Origin: a bacterium
Lineage (GTDB): Bacteria; Patescibacteriota; Dojkabacteria; JAKAPS01
Length of the DNA stretch: 64,000 nucleotides
Assembly (NCBI GenBank): GCA_021806925.1
Contig: JAKAPS010000001.1
Location: 71,040 to 135,039 of the forward strand
Direction of reading: 5' to 3'
Below, one piece after another: positions 31,219-40,912 of the stretch. Position 1 is the stretch's first letter, and every line of letters starts with the position of its first letter. The notes beneath the pieces were generated by a model. It had not been told where the DNA came from. It saw only the letters and a program-made list of their open reading frames with translations, and ran no database searches. The translations under genes and the position numbers were made by a program.

Positions 31219-31247
31219 ATTATATCTAAATATACTATATTCGTCAA
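31219..31247 (-). promoter_or_regulatory. sigma70 promoter of HTH-PIN operon
   Basis: TTGACG-17nt-TATAAT. Confidence 0.7.
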
Positions 31248-31385
31248 CATTCCAGATTATACCGCAGAAGTATCTTAGGGTAGTATATAGTACTAGTTGC
31301 TAATGAAACCACATTCAAACTCTAGGAAAATACTAAGCATTTTTAAATATTCTTAAGAAGTACGTATTAACTAGTGTTTATTATT

Positions 31386-32777
31386 TTATTTTCTCTTTAA
31401 AACATACCAGCCGTCTTCACTAAAAATCATTTTATATCCATCTTTCTGTTCACTATTAAGGTATTTTTGTATTTGAGAAAATGAAGTATATGGCCACAGA
31501 CCTACATTGCTACTTGCTAAAATATATTCAATACCAGATGGATAAACCATATCAGGCTTCAATATATATATATTATTTCTTTCTGATAAATGCGGGACTA
31601 TTGGGTTCTGTGCAATTACACTAGCATTTTGTGGGATTAATCTCAATGCCTGATAACCTGTACTTAGATTTTTTGTTAAATAATAATTCTGAATAGAGAA
31701 AATCTGATTAAATGGAAAAACAACTATGGAGCCTACATTAATTAGAAGTATAATAAGCACAATGTATTTTTTAAATTTAAGTATCTTCTTTTTTTCTAGG
31801 AATGCTATTGCATCTATTGTAGAAATTACTAGAATCGGTGTTACTGTTGCACTATAGTGACCATGAAATCCCCAATAAGCACTTTCAGTTGAAAGAAATC
31901 TTTCTAGTAATAATGGTATAGCAAGAATAAATGTAGTAGATAAAAATGGTAAGAAAATAAACGGAAGAAATGTAAAGAATTCAGTTATGAATTTCTTCAG
32001 TGGAGAAAACAATACTTTAAAAAAATGAATAGGTTTTAATAATATATTGATTGAAGCACTAAATATGTTATTTCCAAATTCAGTATAATGCCAATATCTG
32101 AAACCTCTAGTCCCTGCAAAGAAAGGAATGACCCACTTAGTTATAACTATAAAAGATGAAAATCCAAGTAGGAATATAGCTATAGATTGCCTATATCTTT
32201 TGAATGTTGCTAGATAAAATGCAAAGAAGCAAAGAAGAATTGTCATATCTTCTTTTACAAAAATTAATAATACAAGAAGTGGAATGTATATTTTAGGTTT
32301 ATTCTCCCTTATATAGTAAATTGAAAATGCAATTAATGGAACAGCAAATGCTATTTCATGAAAATCAAAACCAATTGTTTCCTGAATTCCCCAAAATATT
32401 CCATAAATAATAGCAAACGCAACTGCATAAAATGTACCTCCTAATTCTTTTTTAGCAATTAAATATATTGGTATAATGGTTATAGCTAGAAGAAATGCTT
32501 GAGCTACAAGTAAATTAACTGGTGTATGAAATATCCAATACATCGGAGCTAATAAAATCAGTATTGGATGAAAATGATCACCAAGAATATTACTTAATCC
32601 TCTTACAGTACTTACAGGAGTTTGAAATAGGGAATAATGCCATATAGCCTGATCAAATATTCCCAAATCATCTCCGTATGTTCGAAAGTGAGTATGTTCT
32701 ATGATACTTACAAGCGAAAACAGAAAAAAGAAAAATGTTACTAAATAGAATTTAGGGTCTCTAAATATCTTTTTCAT
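31386..32777 (-). CDS. DUF2079 family membrane protein (GT-C-like)
   Basis: DLGIFDQAIW, LGDHFHPIL, FDFHEIAFAVP, VKED, HYSA, PHLSER. Confidence 0.85.
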   Translation of the reverse strand: MKKIFRDPKFYLVTFFFFLFSLVSIIEHTHFRTYGDDLGIFDQAIWHYSLFQTPVSTVRGLSNILGDHFHPILILLAPMYWIFHTPVNLLVAQAFLLAITIIPIYLIAKKELGGTFYAVAFAIIYGIFWGIQETIGFDFHEIAFAVPLIAFSIYYIRENKPKIYIPLLVLLIFVKEDMTILLCFFAFYLATFKRYRQSIAIFLLGFSSFIVITKWVIPFFAGTRGFRYWHYTEFGNNIFSASINILLKPIHFFKVLFSPLKKFITEFFTFLPFIFLPFLSTTFILAIPLLLERFLSTESAYWGFHGHYSATVTPILVISTIDAIAFLEKKKILKFKKYIVLIILLINVGSIVVFPFNQIFSIQNYYLTKNLSTGYQALRLIPQNASVIAQNPIVPHLSERNNIYILKPDMVYPSGIEYILASSNVGLWPYTSFSQIQKYLNSEQKDGYKMIFSEDGWYVLKRK

Positions 32778-32916
32778 TTTTATAAGTATAACATACAAAA
32801 AAGATATATCTTATTAGTGTATTTAGGTTAATATATATTCTTGTGATTCTACTATTTAATCTACTTTTATCTATTCTTTAATTTTTCCTTTTGTTTATGT
32901 TTATGTGTAGTTGTTT

Positions 32917-32954
32917 TTGATGTGTATGAGAAACAAGTCCTCAATACACATCAA
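32917..32954. terminator. Stem-loop downstream of pnp
   Basis: TTGATGTGTAT-GAG..CTC-A-ATACACATCAA; no U-tract on the pnp strand, so possibly a stability hairpin. Confidence 0.45.
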
Positions 32955-32994
32955 GCACATATAAAATGTAATTAAATAACAATTTGCTACTAGT

Positions 32995-35088
32995 TTATTC
33001 TATTGATTTTTTAGCAGCTTTCTTTATAGAGAAATTAAGCCTATGGTCATTATCAATCGACATTAGTATAACTTCAACAGATTGCCCTTCTTTCAAGGCA
33101 TCTTTCACTGATTTTATAAAGCCGTCTTTTATTTCGCTCACATGAACTAGTCCGCTTATACTAGGTGAAACTCTTACAAACGCACCAAAATCCATTATTT
33201 TTTCGACTTTTGCCTTATATGTTTTACCTACCTCTGGTTCCATAATAATGTTTTCAATCATTTTTGAAGCCTTTTCTCCAGCTTCATCATCAATTGAACT
33301 TATTGAAACCACTCCATTATCAGATATATCAACTTCTGCACCAGTCAGCTCTATAATCTTTTTTATTGTTTTTCCCTGAGAGCCGATAACATCACCAATC
33401 TTTGTAATTGGAACTTTTACAGTACGAATTTTTGGAGCATATTGAGAAAGACTTTGTTTTGGTTTACTAATAACTTCCTTCATTCTTTCAAGTATAAAAA
33501 GGTAACCTTCTCTTGCTTGATTAATTGCTTCGTCAAGAATTTCAACTGTAATGCCTTCCATCTTGTTATCCATCTGAATTGCAGTTATACCTTTTTCAGT
33601 TCCAGTAACTTTAAAATCCATTTCTCCAAAATGGTCTTCTGCTCCTTGAATATCAGATAGAACAACATATTCTCCGTTTTTATTCATAACAAGACCCATT
33701 GCTATACCGCTTACCATAGCTTTTATTGGAACACCTGCATCCATAAGCGACAAAGTTGATCCACATGTTGAAGCCATAGATGTTGAACCATTAGATGAAA
33801 GTATTTCAGATACTACTCTTATAGTATATGGAAATTCTTCTTCTGAAGGGATGACTGGTTCAAGAGCCCTCTGAGCTAATGCACCATGTCCTATTTCTCT
33901 CCTTCCTGGGAAATATAGATTTCTTGATACCTCTCCGACTGACCATCCTGGATGGTTATAGTGGTGCATGTACCTAGAAGTTTTTTCTCCATCCTTGCTT
34001 TGCATTAATTGTTCAAACTTACTTGAACCAAGAGTTACAACACTAAGTGCTTGAGTTTCACCTCTCTTGAATATTGCACTTCCATGTGTTCTTGGAAGTA
34101 TTGATACTTCAACAGTTATTGGTCTTATTTCATTTAATTTTCTTCCATCTATTCTTTCTTTTCTTTTTACAACTTCTTCAGTAAATATGTATTTCTCAAC
34201 TTCAATAAATGCATTTCTAAATTCTTCACCATCACAATCAACAAATATTCCTAATAGTTCATCTTTAAGTTCTTTTTCTTTTCTATTAAACTCTTTCTTG
34301 GATTTTGAAAATAAGCAATCAGAAACTCTGTCATAAAACTTTGATTTTATTTCTTCAACTAATTGAGTATTTATCAGTTTTGGAGAATACATAATAGTCT
34401 CTGGATTAACCTCCTTTTTTAATTCTTCTTGAAAATCAAGGAAATTCTTACTCTCTTGCTTTGCTAATTTGATTGCCTCAATGACCTTTGATTGTTGAAT
34501 TTCTGTTGCACCAGCTTCAAGCATGACAATAGCACTTTTAGTTGTAGCAACAACTAAATCCATTTCACTTGTTTCAATTTCATCAGTACTTGGATTAACA
34601 ATAAATTTATCATCTTTAAAACCAATCCTTATACCTGCAACTGGTCCTGAAAACGGAAGACCTGATAAACAAAGTGCAGTTGACACTGCATTTATTCCTA
34701 ACAAAGCTGGATCATTAACACCGTCATATGACAATACGGTAACAACAACTTCAACCTGATTAACAAAGTCTTCGTTAAACAATGGCCTTATGCTTCTATC
34801 AATTAATCTAGCTCTTAAAATCTCATCAGTTGATGGCCTTGTTTCTCTTTTTATGAAACGGGATGATGATATTTGACCACTTGCGTAAAGTTTTTCAAAA
34901 TATTCAACCTGAAGAGGGAAAAAATCAATTCCTTCCCTTCTATCTGCAGTTACAACTGTTGCTAAACAGACAGTTTCTCCTGCAGTTGCATAACAACTTG
35001 CAAGAGTCTGAAGTGCAACATGTCCTGTTTCAAATTCATATTTAACATTGTTATATGTAAAACTCTTCTTATATACACTACTATTCAT
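32995..35088 (-). CDS. pnp: Polyribonucleotide nucleotidyltransferase
   Basis: FFPLQVEY, RLIDRSIRPLF, RREIGHGALA, SNGSTSMAS, KH and S1 domains. Confidence 0.97.
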   Translation of the reverse strand: MNSSVYKKSFTYNNVKYEFETGHVALQTLASCYATAGETVCLATVVTADRREGIDFFPLQVEYFEKLYASGQISSSRFIKRETRPSTDEILRARLIDRSIRPLFNEDFVNQVEVVVTVLSYDGVNDPALLGINAVSTALCLSGLPFSGPVAGIRIGFKDDKFIVNPSTDEIETSEMDLVVATTKSAIVMLEAGATEIQQSKVIEAIKLAKQESKNFLDFQEELKKEVNPETIMYSPKLINTQLVEEIKSKFYDRVSDCLFSKSKKEFNRKEKELKDELLGIFVDCDGEEFRNAFIEVEKYIFTEEVVKRKERIDGRKLNEIRPITVEVSILPRTHGSAIFKRGETQALSVVTLGSSKFEQLMQSKDGEKTSRYMHHYNHPGWSVGEVSRNLYFPGRREIGHGALAQRALEPVIPSEEEFPYTIRVVSEILSSNGSTSMASTCGSTLSLMDAGVPIKAMVSGIAMGLVMNKNGEYVVLSDIQGAEDHFGEMDFKVTGTEKGITAIQMDNKMEGITVEILDEAINQAREGYLFILERMKEVISKPKQSLSQYAPKIRTVKVPITKIGDVIGSQGKTIKKIIELTGAEVDISDNGVVSISSIDDEAGEKASKMIENIIMEPEVGKTYKAKVEKIMDFGAFVRVSPSISGLVHVSEIKDGFIKSVKDALKEGQSVEVILMSIDNDHRLNFSIKKAAKKSIE

Positions 35089-35123
35089 TATGTTTCTATT
35101 CTTTCTATTTTTTGTTTTTATTT

Positions 35124-35597
35124 TTACTTCTTCAAACCAATCCTTTGAATTAATACTTCATATCTATTTAAATCAGTTCTCTTTAAGTATTCAAGTAATC
35201 TCCTTCTTTTTCCAACACTTTGAATAATTCCTCTTCTTGATGAAGAATCTTTCTTGTGTGTCTGCAAATGTGCCGTAAGATTAACTATTTGATGAGTAAG
35301 CAAAGCTACTTGTACTTCAGGTGAACCCGTATCGGTACTTGTAAGAGCAAATGCTTTTATTATCTCATTCTTTGTTGTTGATTTCGAAAAAGTAAACACT
35401 CCATTTGAGTCTGATTTAGTTTTTTCTTTAGAAGCGGCATCGCTTTTATCAGCACTCTTCTTCTTTGAAACCTTTACTTTTGGTTCATTCTCAAGTGTTT
35501 TTTTGGAAATCTTTTTTTTTGCAACAACTTTTGATGTTGATGCTGCTGTTTTTGCAACAGTCTTTTCTGTGTCTTTTTCTGTTTTTTCTTTTTTCAT
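35124..35597 (-). CDS. rpsO: 30S ribosomal protein S15 with about 70-aa Lys-rich N-terminal extension
   Basis: DTGSPEVQVALLT, HLQTHKKDSSSRRG, VGKRRRLLEYL; upstream of pnp. Confidence 0.95.
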   Translation of the reverse strand: MKKEKTEKDTEKTVAKTAASTSKVVAKKKISKKTLENEPKVKVSKKKSADKSDAASKEKTKSDSNGVFTFSKSTTKNEIIKAFALTSTDTGSPEVQVALLTHQIVNLTAHLQTHKKDSSSRRGIIQSVGKRRRLLEYLKRTDLNRYEVLIQRIGLKK

Positions 35598-35900
35598 TTT
35601 TTTCTTTTTTTTAAATACCGCACTTAATGAATTTTCATTTCATTTATGCGCCCTTTTATGGGTCTTATTAAAGCTTAAATATATATACTCAAACCATTTT
35701 CCTCTAATCGCAAATAGCATATTAATAAAAATACTACTTAATATATTTACTATTTTGTCTCCTAACTTTTTCCTATTTTTATCTTAATTACTAGCGCAAG
35801 CTTGCAAAAAGTAATTTTCTGTTAGTAAAAGAAGCTAAACAGATATTAACAAGTGGAAAAAAACTTGTCAAATTTCTTTGAAACTACTTGCCACGGTTGG

Positions 35901-37211
35901 CTACTTTCCAGCGACCGGTGAAAATATTGGATTATCAATGTTATCACTATCGCTAGCTTTCTCCTCTGCTACTTTATTACTTTCATTCACATTTGGCAAA
36001 ACAGAGCTGCTATTATCTAAACCAAAGCCCCCATCCTCATAAGAGAAAGGATCTTCCTCATCATTAAATAACAAATCCCCTTTATTTGAAAATATATCTT
36101 CTGGAGACTTATCCTCACTGTTTACACCAAGAACATCTTTATCACTTTCAAGTTCTAATTCTAAAAGTTTTGTAAGCTCACTGACAACATCTGTTGACTT
36201 ATATTCAATCCTTGTATACCCTTCATGAATTTCAAACTCCTTATCCTTTAATATGTCTTTTAAATCAATATCAGTAAAGATATATACCTCACTATTTTCT
36301 CCATATTTGAAAATATTTATTCCAAGTTTAGTATCAGCTTTTTTACAACAATAATCAGATTGATAAACAATTGCATCAAATCCTCTTTCAATTATTTCGC
36401 TTCCCTTTGCTGTAACATCAGATAAATACACACTTGCGTTATTTAATACTTTTGATTTACCGTATCTTACTGAGTTAATTAAATCAGAATAAAGAAGAAC
36501 CTTCTTCAGATCACTTATATAGAATGTTGAATCAAAAGCTCCACCATTTTTGGTTAAGAAGTAAAGTGATTCATAATATTCTTTTAAATTGGTTTGTTTT
36601 GTAAGTATAAGACGTTGAATTTGTGAAGTTAATGAATCTAATTCCTCTTTTTTAAACTTATACCCAAGCTCGATTCCCAACCTAATTATTGCATGTAGAA
36701 TTCCTGATGGATCTTCAATCTTGTATTTTGATTCTTCAAAAATTGTTTTACCAATTGAAAATTTATCAACTAAGATATTACTAAATATATCTTCTGCAGA
36801 GTCTATCTCTATAATAAGATCAAATATATCACCACTCTTTTCAATCTTCAAACTACTTGTATCTGGTTCAACATCATTAGGTAATTGAATATTAACCTGT
36901 GATCCTTCCTCACTGTATTCAATTTTCTCAATTTTACTTGTGTTTAGTTTTAGAAAAGATAATGTGTAATAAACATTTCCTATCTCCTTCTTTATTGATT
37001 TAATATCAACACCTAGAATGCGTAATCCTGATTCCCAGGATGGATCCAATTTTTCAGCATATATTGATGTATTCTCTATTGAATATATATCTTTAAGCAT
37101 ATTTGCAATAATAACCGCAGAGACTAATTCGATATAGTCAGGGGTTTTACCAGCTGAAATAAGGATATTCTTAACTCCTTTAAACAGATCTTTCAAAGTA
37201 TCTGAGCTCAT
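35901..37211 (-). CDS. Degenerate DHH/NrnA-like protein with acidic tail
   Basis: KNILISAGKTPDY..SAVII, IEKIEYSEEG, FDLIIEID resemble CPR DHH proteins; DHH motif not found; position downstream of infB. Confidence 0.5.
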   Translation of the reverse strand: MSSDTLKDLFKGVKNILISAGKTPDYIELVSAVIIANMLKDIYSIENTSIYAEKLDPSWESGLRILGVDIKSIKKEIGNVYYTLSFLKLNTSKIEKIEYSEEGSQVNIQLPNDVEPDTSSLKIEKSGDIFDLIIEIDSAEDIFSNILVDKFSIGKTIFEESKYKIEDPSGILHAIIRLGIELGYKFKKEELDSLTSQIQRLILTKQTNLKEYYESLYFLTKNGGAFDSTFYISDLKKVLLYSDLINSVRYGKSKVLNNASVYLSDVTAKGSEIIERGFDAIVYQSDYCCKKADTKLGINIFKYGENSEVYIFTDIDLKDILKDKEFEIHEGYTRIEYKSTDVVSELTKLLELELESDKDVLGVNSEDKSPEDIFSNKGDLLFNDEEDPFSYEDGGFGLDNSSSVLPNVNESNKVAEEKASDSDNIDNPIFSPVAGK

Positions 37212-37417
37212 ATTTTCTTATAGGATAATAACACTAAATATGAACTTTATCAATAGGAAATAAATAGCTTTTCACGTTAGTTAATAAAAAAAAATACCTG
37301 GAATATATATACCATATCTGTGGATAATCAAATATATTTTATATATAAAATTACATACAATATCATATAAATCGGTACTTCACGTATTAGCTCTGTTTTA
37401 ATTTTGTAATTAATACT

Positions 37418-37588
37418 TCAACTTTCTCCTTTTTCCTCTGCAAATTTTCTTCTTCTTGCCTCACCAATTTTCTTTTTTGTTTCTTCAGGAAGTCTTTTCC
37501 CTGTATGTGCTATTCTAGCTGCTTCACTTCTATTATATTCTTTCTTGTGAGGAATATTATCTTGTCTCTGTTCTTCAAAATCATCCAT
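37418..37588 (-). CDS. 56-aa stand-alone NUMOD3-motif microprotein (absent from ORF track)
   Basis: MDDFEEQRQDNIPHKKEYNRSEAARIAHTGKRLPEETKKKIGEARRRKFAEEKGES*; consensus promoter directly upstream. Confidence 0.7.
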   Translation of the reverse strand: MDDFEEQRQDNIPHKKEYNRSEAARIAHTGKRLPEETKKKIGEARRRKFAEEKGES

Positions 37589-37594
37589 CAATGC

Positions 37595-37623
37595 ATTATA
37601 TAGTGTTATTTCTTGTATTGCAA
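37595..37623 (-). promoter_or_regulatory. Leaderless sigma70 promoter of the NUMOD3 microprotein
   Basis: TTGCAA-17nt-TATAAT-6nt-ATG. Confidence 0.7.
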
Positions 37624-37739
37624 ATTTATGTAGTCGCGTAGTAGAGTTTTGAGTATAAAAGTGCCAGGTTTATCTAAAATTTTGGTATTTGTTCGTTTTA
37701 ATAATTAAAAGGTGATTAAGGCATTAGTTTTATATTATT

Positions 37740-37789
37740 TTGACATAAGATTACACTTAGTATACAATAATGTATACCAACTATAATCT
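37740..37789 (+). promoter_or_regulatory. abiE promoter with overlapping inverted-repeat operator
   Basis: TTGACA-17nt-TACAAT; 19-bp arms 37748-37766 and 37771-37789 complementary at 16/19 positions. Confidence 0.75.
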
Positions 37790-37795
37790 ATATAT

Positions 37796-38377
37796 ATGAA
37801 ATCAACTGATATATACTTAAAATTAAAAAATACTGGGAAGAATATATTTAAGCTGCAGGATATAAAAACATTGACTGGAGTAGAAAAATACGAGTATCTA
37901 AAAATATATATAAATAGAATGATAAAAAAAGGCCTTATTAAAACAATAAAAAAAGGTCTTTATTACCTTGCTGATTCACCACCATCTGATTTTGAAATAG
38001 CAAACAATCTATATATTCCTTCATACATTTCATTGGAAACAGCATTAGTCTATTATGGTATTATTAACCAAGTTCCATATACGATCACATCAGTAACTCT
38101 AAAAAAGGCAAATATGTACAAATTTAATGCGAAAGAATATAGCTATAGCCATCTTAGCCAATCTCTATTTTATCCTGATTTACAAAAGAACAATATATTA
38201 ATAGCTTCAAGGGAAAAGACTATTATTGATACTATCTATCTAGCATCTTTTAGAGGATATGATATAAACTTTGACGAATGGGATTTATCAGACATTGATA
38301 TGGTAAAATTAAAGACTATAGCTAGTACTATAGAAATAAAGGCATTTAGTAATTTATTTTATTCGTTATTCAAATGA
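37796..38377 (+). CDS. abiEi: AbiEi type IV TA antitoxin
   Basis: wHTH with IKKGLYY, PSYISLETALVYYGII.QVPYTITSVT, ASREKTIID. Confidence 0.88.
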   Translation: MKSTDIYLKLKNTGKNIFKLQDIKTLTGVEKYEYLKIYINRMIKKGLIKTIKKGLYYLADSPPSDFEIANNLYIPSYISLETALVYYGIINQVPYTITSVTLKKANMYKFNAKEYSYSHLSQSLFYPDLQKNNILIASREKTIIDTIYLASFRGYDINFDEWDLSDIDMVKLKTIASTIEIKAFSNLFYSLFK

Positions 38378-39138
38378 TAAACTCAACTGATCTAAGTAAA
38401 TATGCAAATGAATGGAAAATCGATACTTACTCTATTATTAGGGAATATATACAATTGGTGATTTTGGGAGCTATATATCAGATAAACAACAGTGAACAAA
38501 TATACTTTAAAGGAGGGACTGCATTAAGATTAATATATAAATCGATTAGATTTAGTGAAGACTTGGATTTTAACTCAAAACTTCCAAGAGAAGAAATCAT
38601 TACTATTCTAAAGAAGTCAATTGATTTAATAAAGAATATTTTACCGGGAATATATTTAGATAATATTGAAAACAAATATGACAATATACATACACGTGTT
38701 ATGTATAAATCTACTGGGTTACAACAGCCACTAAACATTGCTGTTGATGTAAATACCAAAGATGGATCATTAGATGAATACATTTCACTACTTTCATCTC
38801 CAATGCCATTACCTTATTATTCTTTTATTAAAACACTTACTATAGATGAGATATTGGCAGAAAAAATAAGTGCGTTAATGAACAGATCAAAAGGTAGAGA
38901 TGTTTTTGATGTCTGGTTCTTACTGAATAGACAAGTAAAAATAGATATGAATCTTCTTGAAAAAAAGATGGCACTTTATAATAAAAGAATAACAATAGAA
39001 GATATAATTAGTAAAGTACAAGAGTATGACGAAAAAAAATTAAAAAATGATCTAAATAAATATTTACCGGAAAATCAGCGTAATATTGTTCCCTTACTTA
39101 AGGAATTATTAACTAATATGTTATTACCATTGAAATAA
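38374..39138 (+). CDS. abiEii: AbiEii nucleotidyltransferase toxin
   Basis: FKGGTALR, RFSEDLDF, EILAEKISAL, RDVFDVWFL; ATGA overlap with abiEi. Confidence 0.92.
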   Translation: MINSTDLSKYANEWKIDTYSIIREYIQLVILGAIYQINNSEQIYFKGGTALRLIYKSIRFSEDLDFNSKLPREEIITILKKSIDLIKNILPGIYLDNIENKYDNIHTRVMYKSTGLQQPLNIAVDVNTKDGSLDEYISLLSSPMPLPYYSFIKTLTIDEILAEKISALMNRSKGRDVFDVWFLLNRQVKIDMNLLEKKMALYNKRITIEDIISKVQEYDEKKLKNDLNKYLPENQRNIVPLLKELLTNMLLPLK

Positions 39139-39187
39139 GGCGTGTATTTTTTAATTCAGTCATTCATGTAAGATTCTGTGTAGCTAT

Positions 39188-40678
39188 CTATTTCTTTATA
39201 CAATCAATAGTATCACCTGTTTGAGATTCATAGTTAGGTGATAATGTCAATCCACATTCACTTCCCTTTAATGATTCTTTTATCTCCTCTTTCAAGTGTT
39301 TTATTGATATTATTCTGCCTTCGTAGCACACTGATCCTCTTCTTGTAATACGTGCAATCAATCCTTTTTGAAGCTTACCTTCCATAACTCTACATCCTGC
39401 TACAAACATACCATTTGATAGTGTAAATACTTGCAAAACTTTAGATGAACCTATTTTTGTTTCTTGAATTTCACCAGTACTCATAGCCTGTGCAGCTGAT
39501 ATTAGATCATCAATCAACTCATAGATTACCTTATATATCATTACAACAATCTTTTTTGATTTTGCATATTTATCAATTCTATCTTCAATCGAAACATTAA
39601 ACCCAACAATAATTGCTCCAGATGCTTCTGCACTTGTAACATCTGATTCATTAATATCACCATTCCTTGAGTAGAATATATCTATAGGAAGATCCTGTTT
39701 TACACTTTTTATATATTCAATTATTGCCTCATTTGAACCATTTGAATCCGTCTTTAGAATAACAAGTAAATTCCTTCCAGCCTTCTTTTCTTTTTCAGTG
39801 TTTAATGCATCAAATATATTAAATCTATCATTAGAGAACGACTTGTCATCTTTCTTTACTATATTTTCATCCTTATTTCCTGTATTTTTCACAATCGTAT
39901 TGGAAAAGTAAATTGTTTCACCGCAACTTTTTGATTCATTCATTCCTGATAGAATAACTGGCATTGAAACAGTAGCCCTAGTGATTCTTTTACCTCTATC
40001 ATCAATTATTGAACGTACCTTTAGCGTTGTATTAATCAAATAGTCACCTGTTTTTATTTCACCAGACTTAACAATAACAAGATATTGATGTCCCTCCTTC
40101 TTATTTAAGAAACTTTCCAATACAATTGCACTATTAACGTCGCTTTTTTCTTCATGTGTAGTTTCATCCTCACTCATATCCCAATACAAAAGTATTGTAT
40201 CAATTAAATTCTCTATATTTGTACCATTTTTTGCAGATATTTCACAAAATGGAACATTGCCTCCGAATCCTTCAAGCAGTATTCCATTTGCGACTAATTC
40301 TCTTTTTACTTTATCTGAATTTGCATTTGGCAAATCAATCTTGTTTATAGCAACGATAGTTGGAATATTTTGTGATAATATTAAATTAATTACTTCCTTT
40401 GTCTGCGGCTTTACTCCATCATCAACAGCAACAACTAAAACAACTATGTCAGCAACCTTTGAACCCCTCTCACGTATTTTAAAAAATGCTTCATGACCTG
40501 GTGTATCTATAAATGTTATAGATCTATCCTCTTTGGCTGTATACATGAATGATCTAACAGATTGCGTTATTCCTCCGGATTCTTTCTCAGCTATTCTTGA
40601 ATTCATTAAATAATCAAGCAAGGTAGTTTTACCGTGATCAACATGCCCCATAATGGCTACAACAGGAGTTCTTTTCAT
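39188..40678 (-). CDS. infB: Translation initiation factor IF-2 (short form, begins at G domain)
   Basis: GHVDHGKTTL, GGITQ, DTPGHEAF, NKID, GSECG. Confidence 0.96.
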   Translation of the reverse strand: MKRTPVVAIMGHVDHGKTTLLDYLMNSRIAEKESGGITQSVRSFMYTAKEDRSITFIDTPGHEAFFKIRERGSKVADIVVLVVAVDDGVKPQTKEVINLILSQNIPTIVAINKIDLPNANSDKVKRELVANGILLEGFGGNVPFCEISAKNGTNIENLIDTILLYWDMSEDETTHEEKSDVNSAIVLESFLNKKEGHQYLVIVKSGEIKTGDYLINTTLKVRSIIDDRGKRITRATVSMPVILSGMNESKSCGETIYFSNTIVKNTGNKDENIVKKDDKSFSNDRFNIFDALNTEKEKKAGRNLLVILKTDSNGSNEAIIEYIKSVKQDLPIDIFYSRNGDINESDVTSAEASGAIIVGFNVSIEDRIDKYAKSKKIVVMIYKVIYELIDDLISAAQAMSTGEIQETKIGSSKVLQVFTLSNGMFVAGCRVMEGKLQKGLIARITRRGSVCYEGRIISIKHLKEEIKESLKGSECGLTLSPNYESQTGDTIDCIKK

Positions 40679-40686
40679 ATTTAATA

Positions 40687-40908
40687 TTATAACTCTTTTT
40701 TCCTACTTCGTTTAGCTATTCCCTTTATTCTATTTTCCAACCAAACAGTATCTAATAGCTTAAGACAGTTATTGCATATGTAGTAACCTCTTCCAGAAAG
40801 TAATTGATTCTTATCAAAAACGATTTCACCAGAAGTACATACAAACCTATTTAACTCATTCTTTTTTAATTTTAAAGAACATTTTAAACAAGTTCTTTGA
40901 AAATTCAT
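40687..40908 (-). CDS. ylxR: YlxR/RnpM (DUF448) protein
   Basis: QRTCLKC, GRGYYIC; located between nusA and infB. Confidence 0.85.
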   Translation of the reverse strand: MNFQRTCLKCSLKLKKNELNRFVCTSGEIVFDKNQLLSGRGYYICNNCLKLLDTVWLENRIKGIAKRSRKKEL

Positions 40909-40912
40909 ATAT

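Noticed and set aside
39188-40678. IF2 lacking its N-terminal domain as a novelty
   Set aside because: Short IF2 is common in CPR; used only as a taxonomic clue
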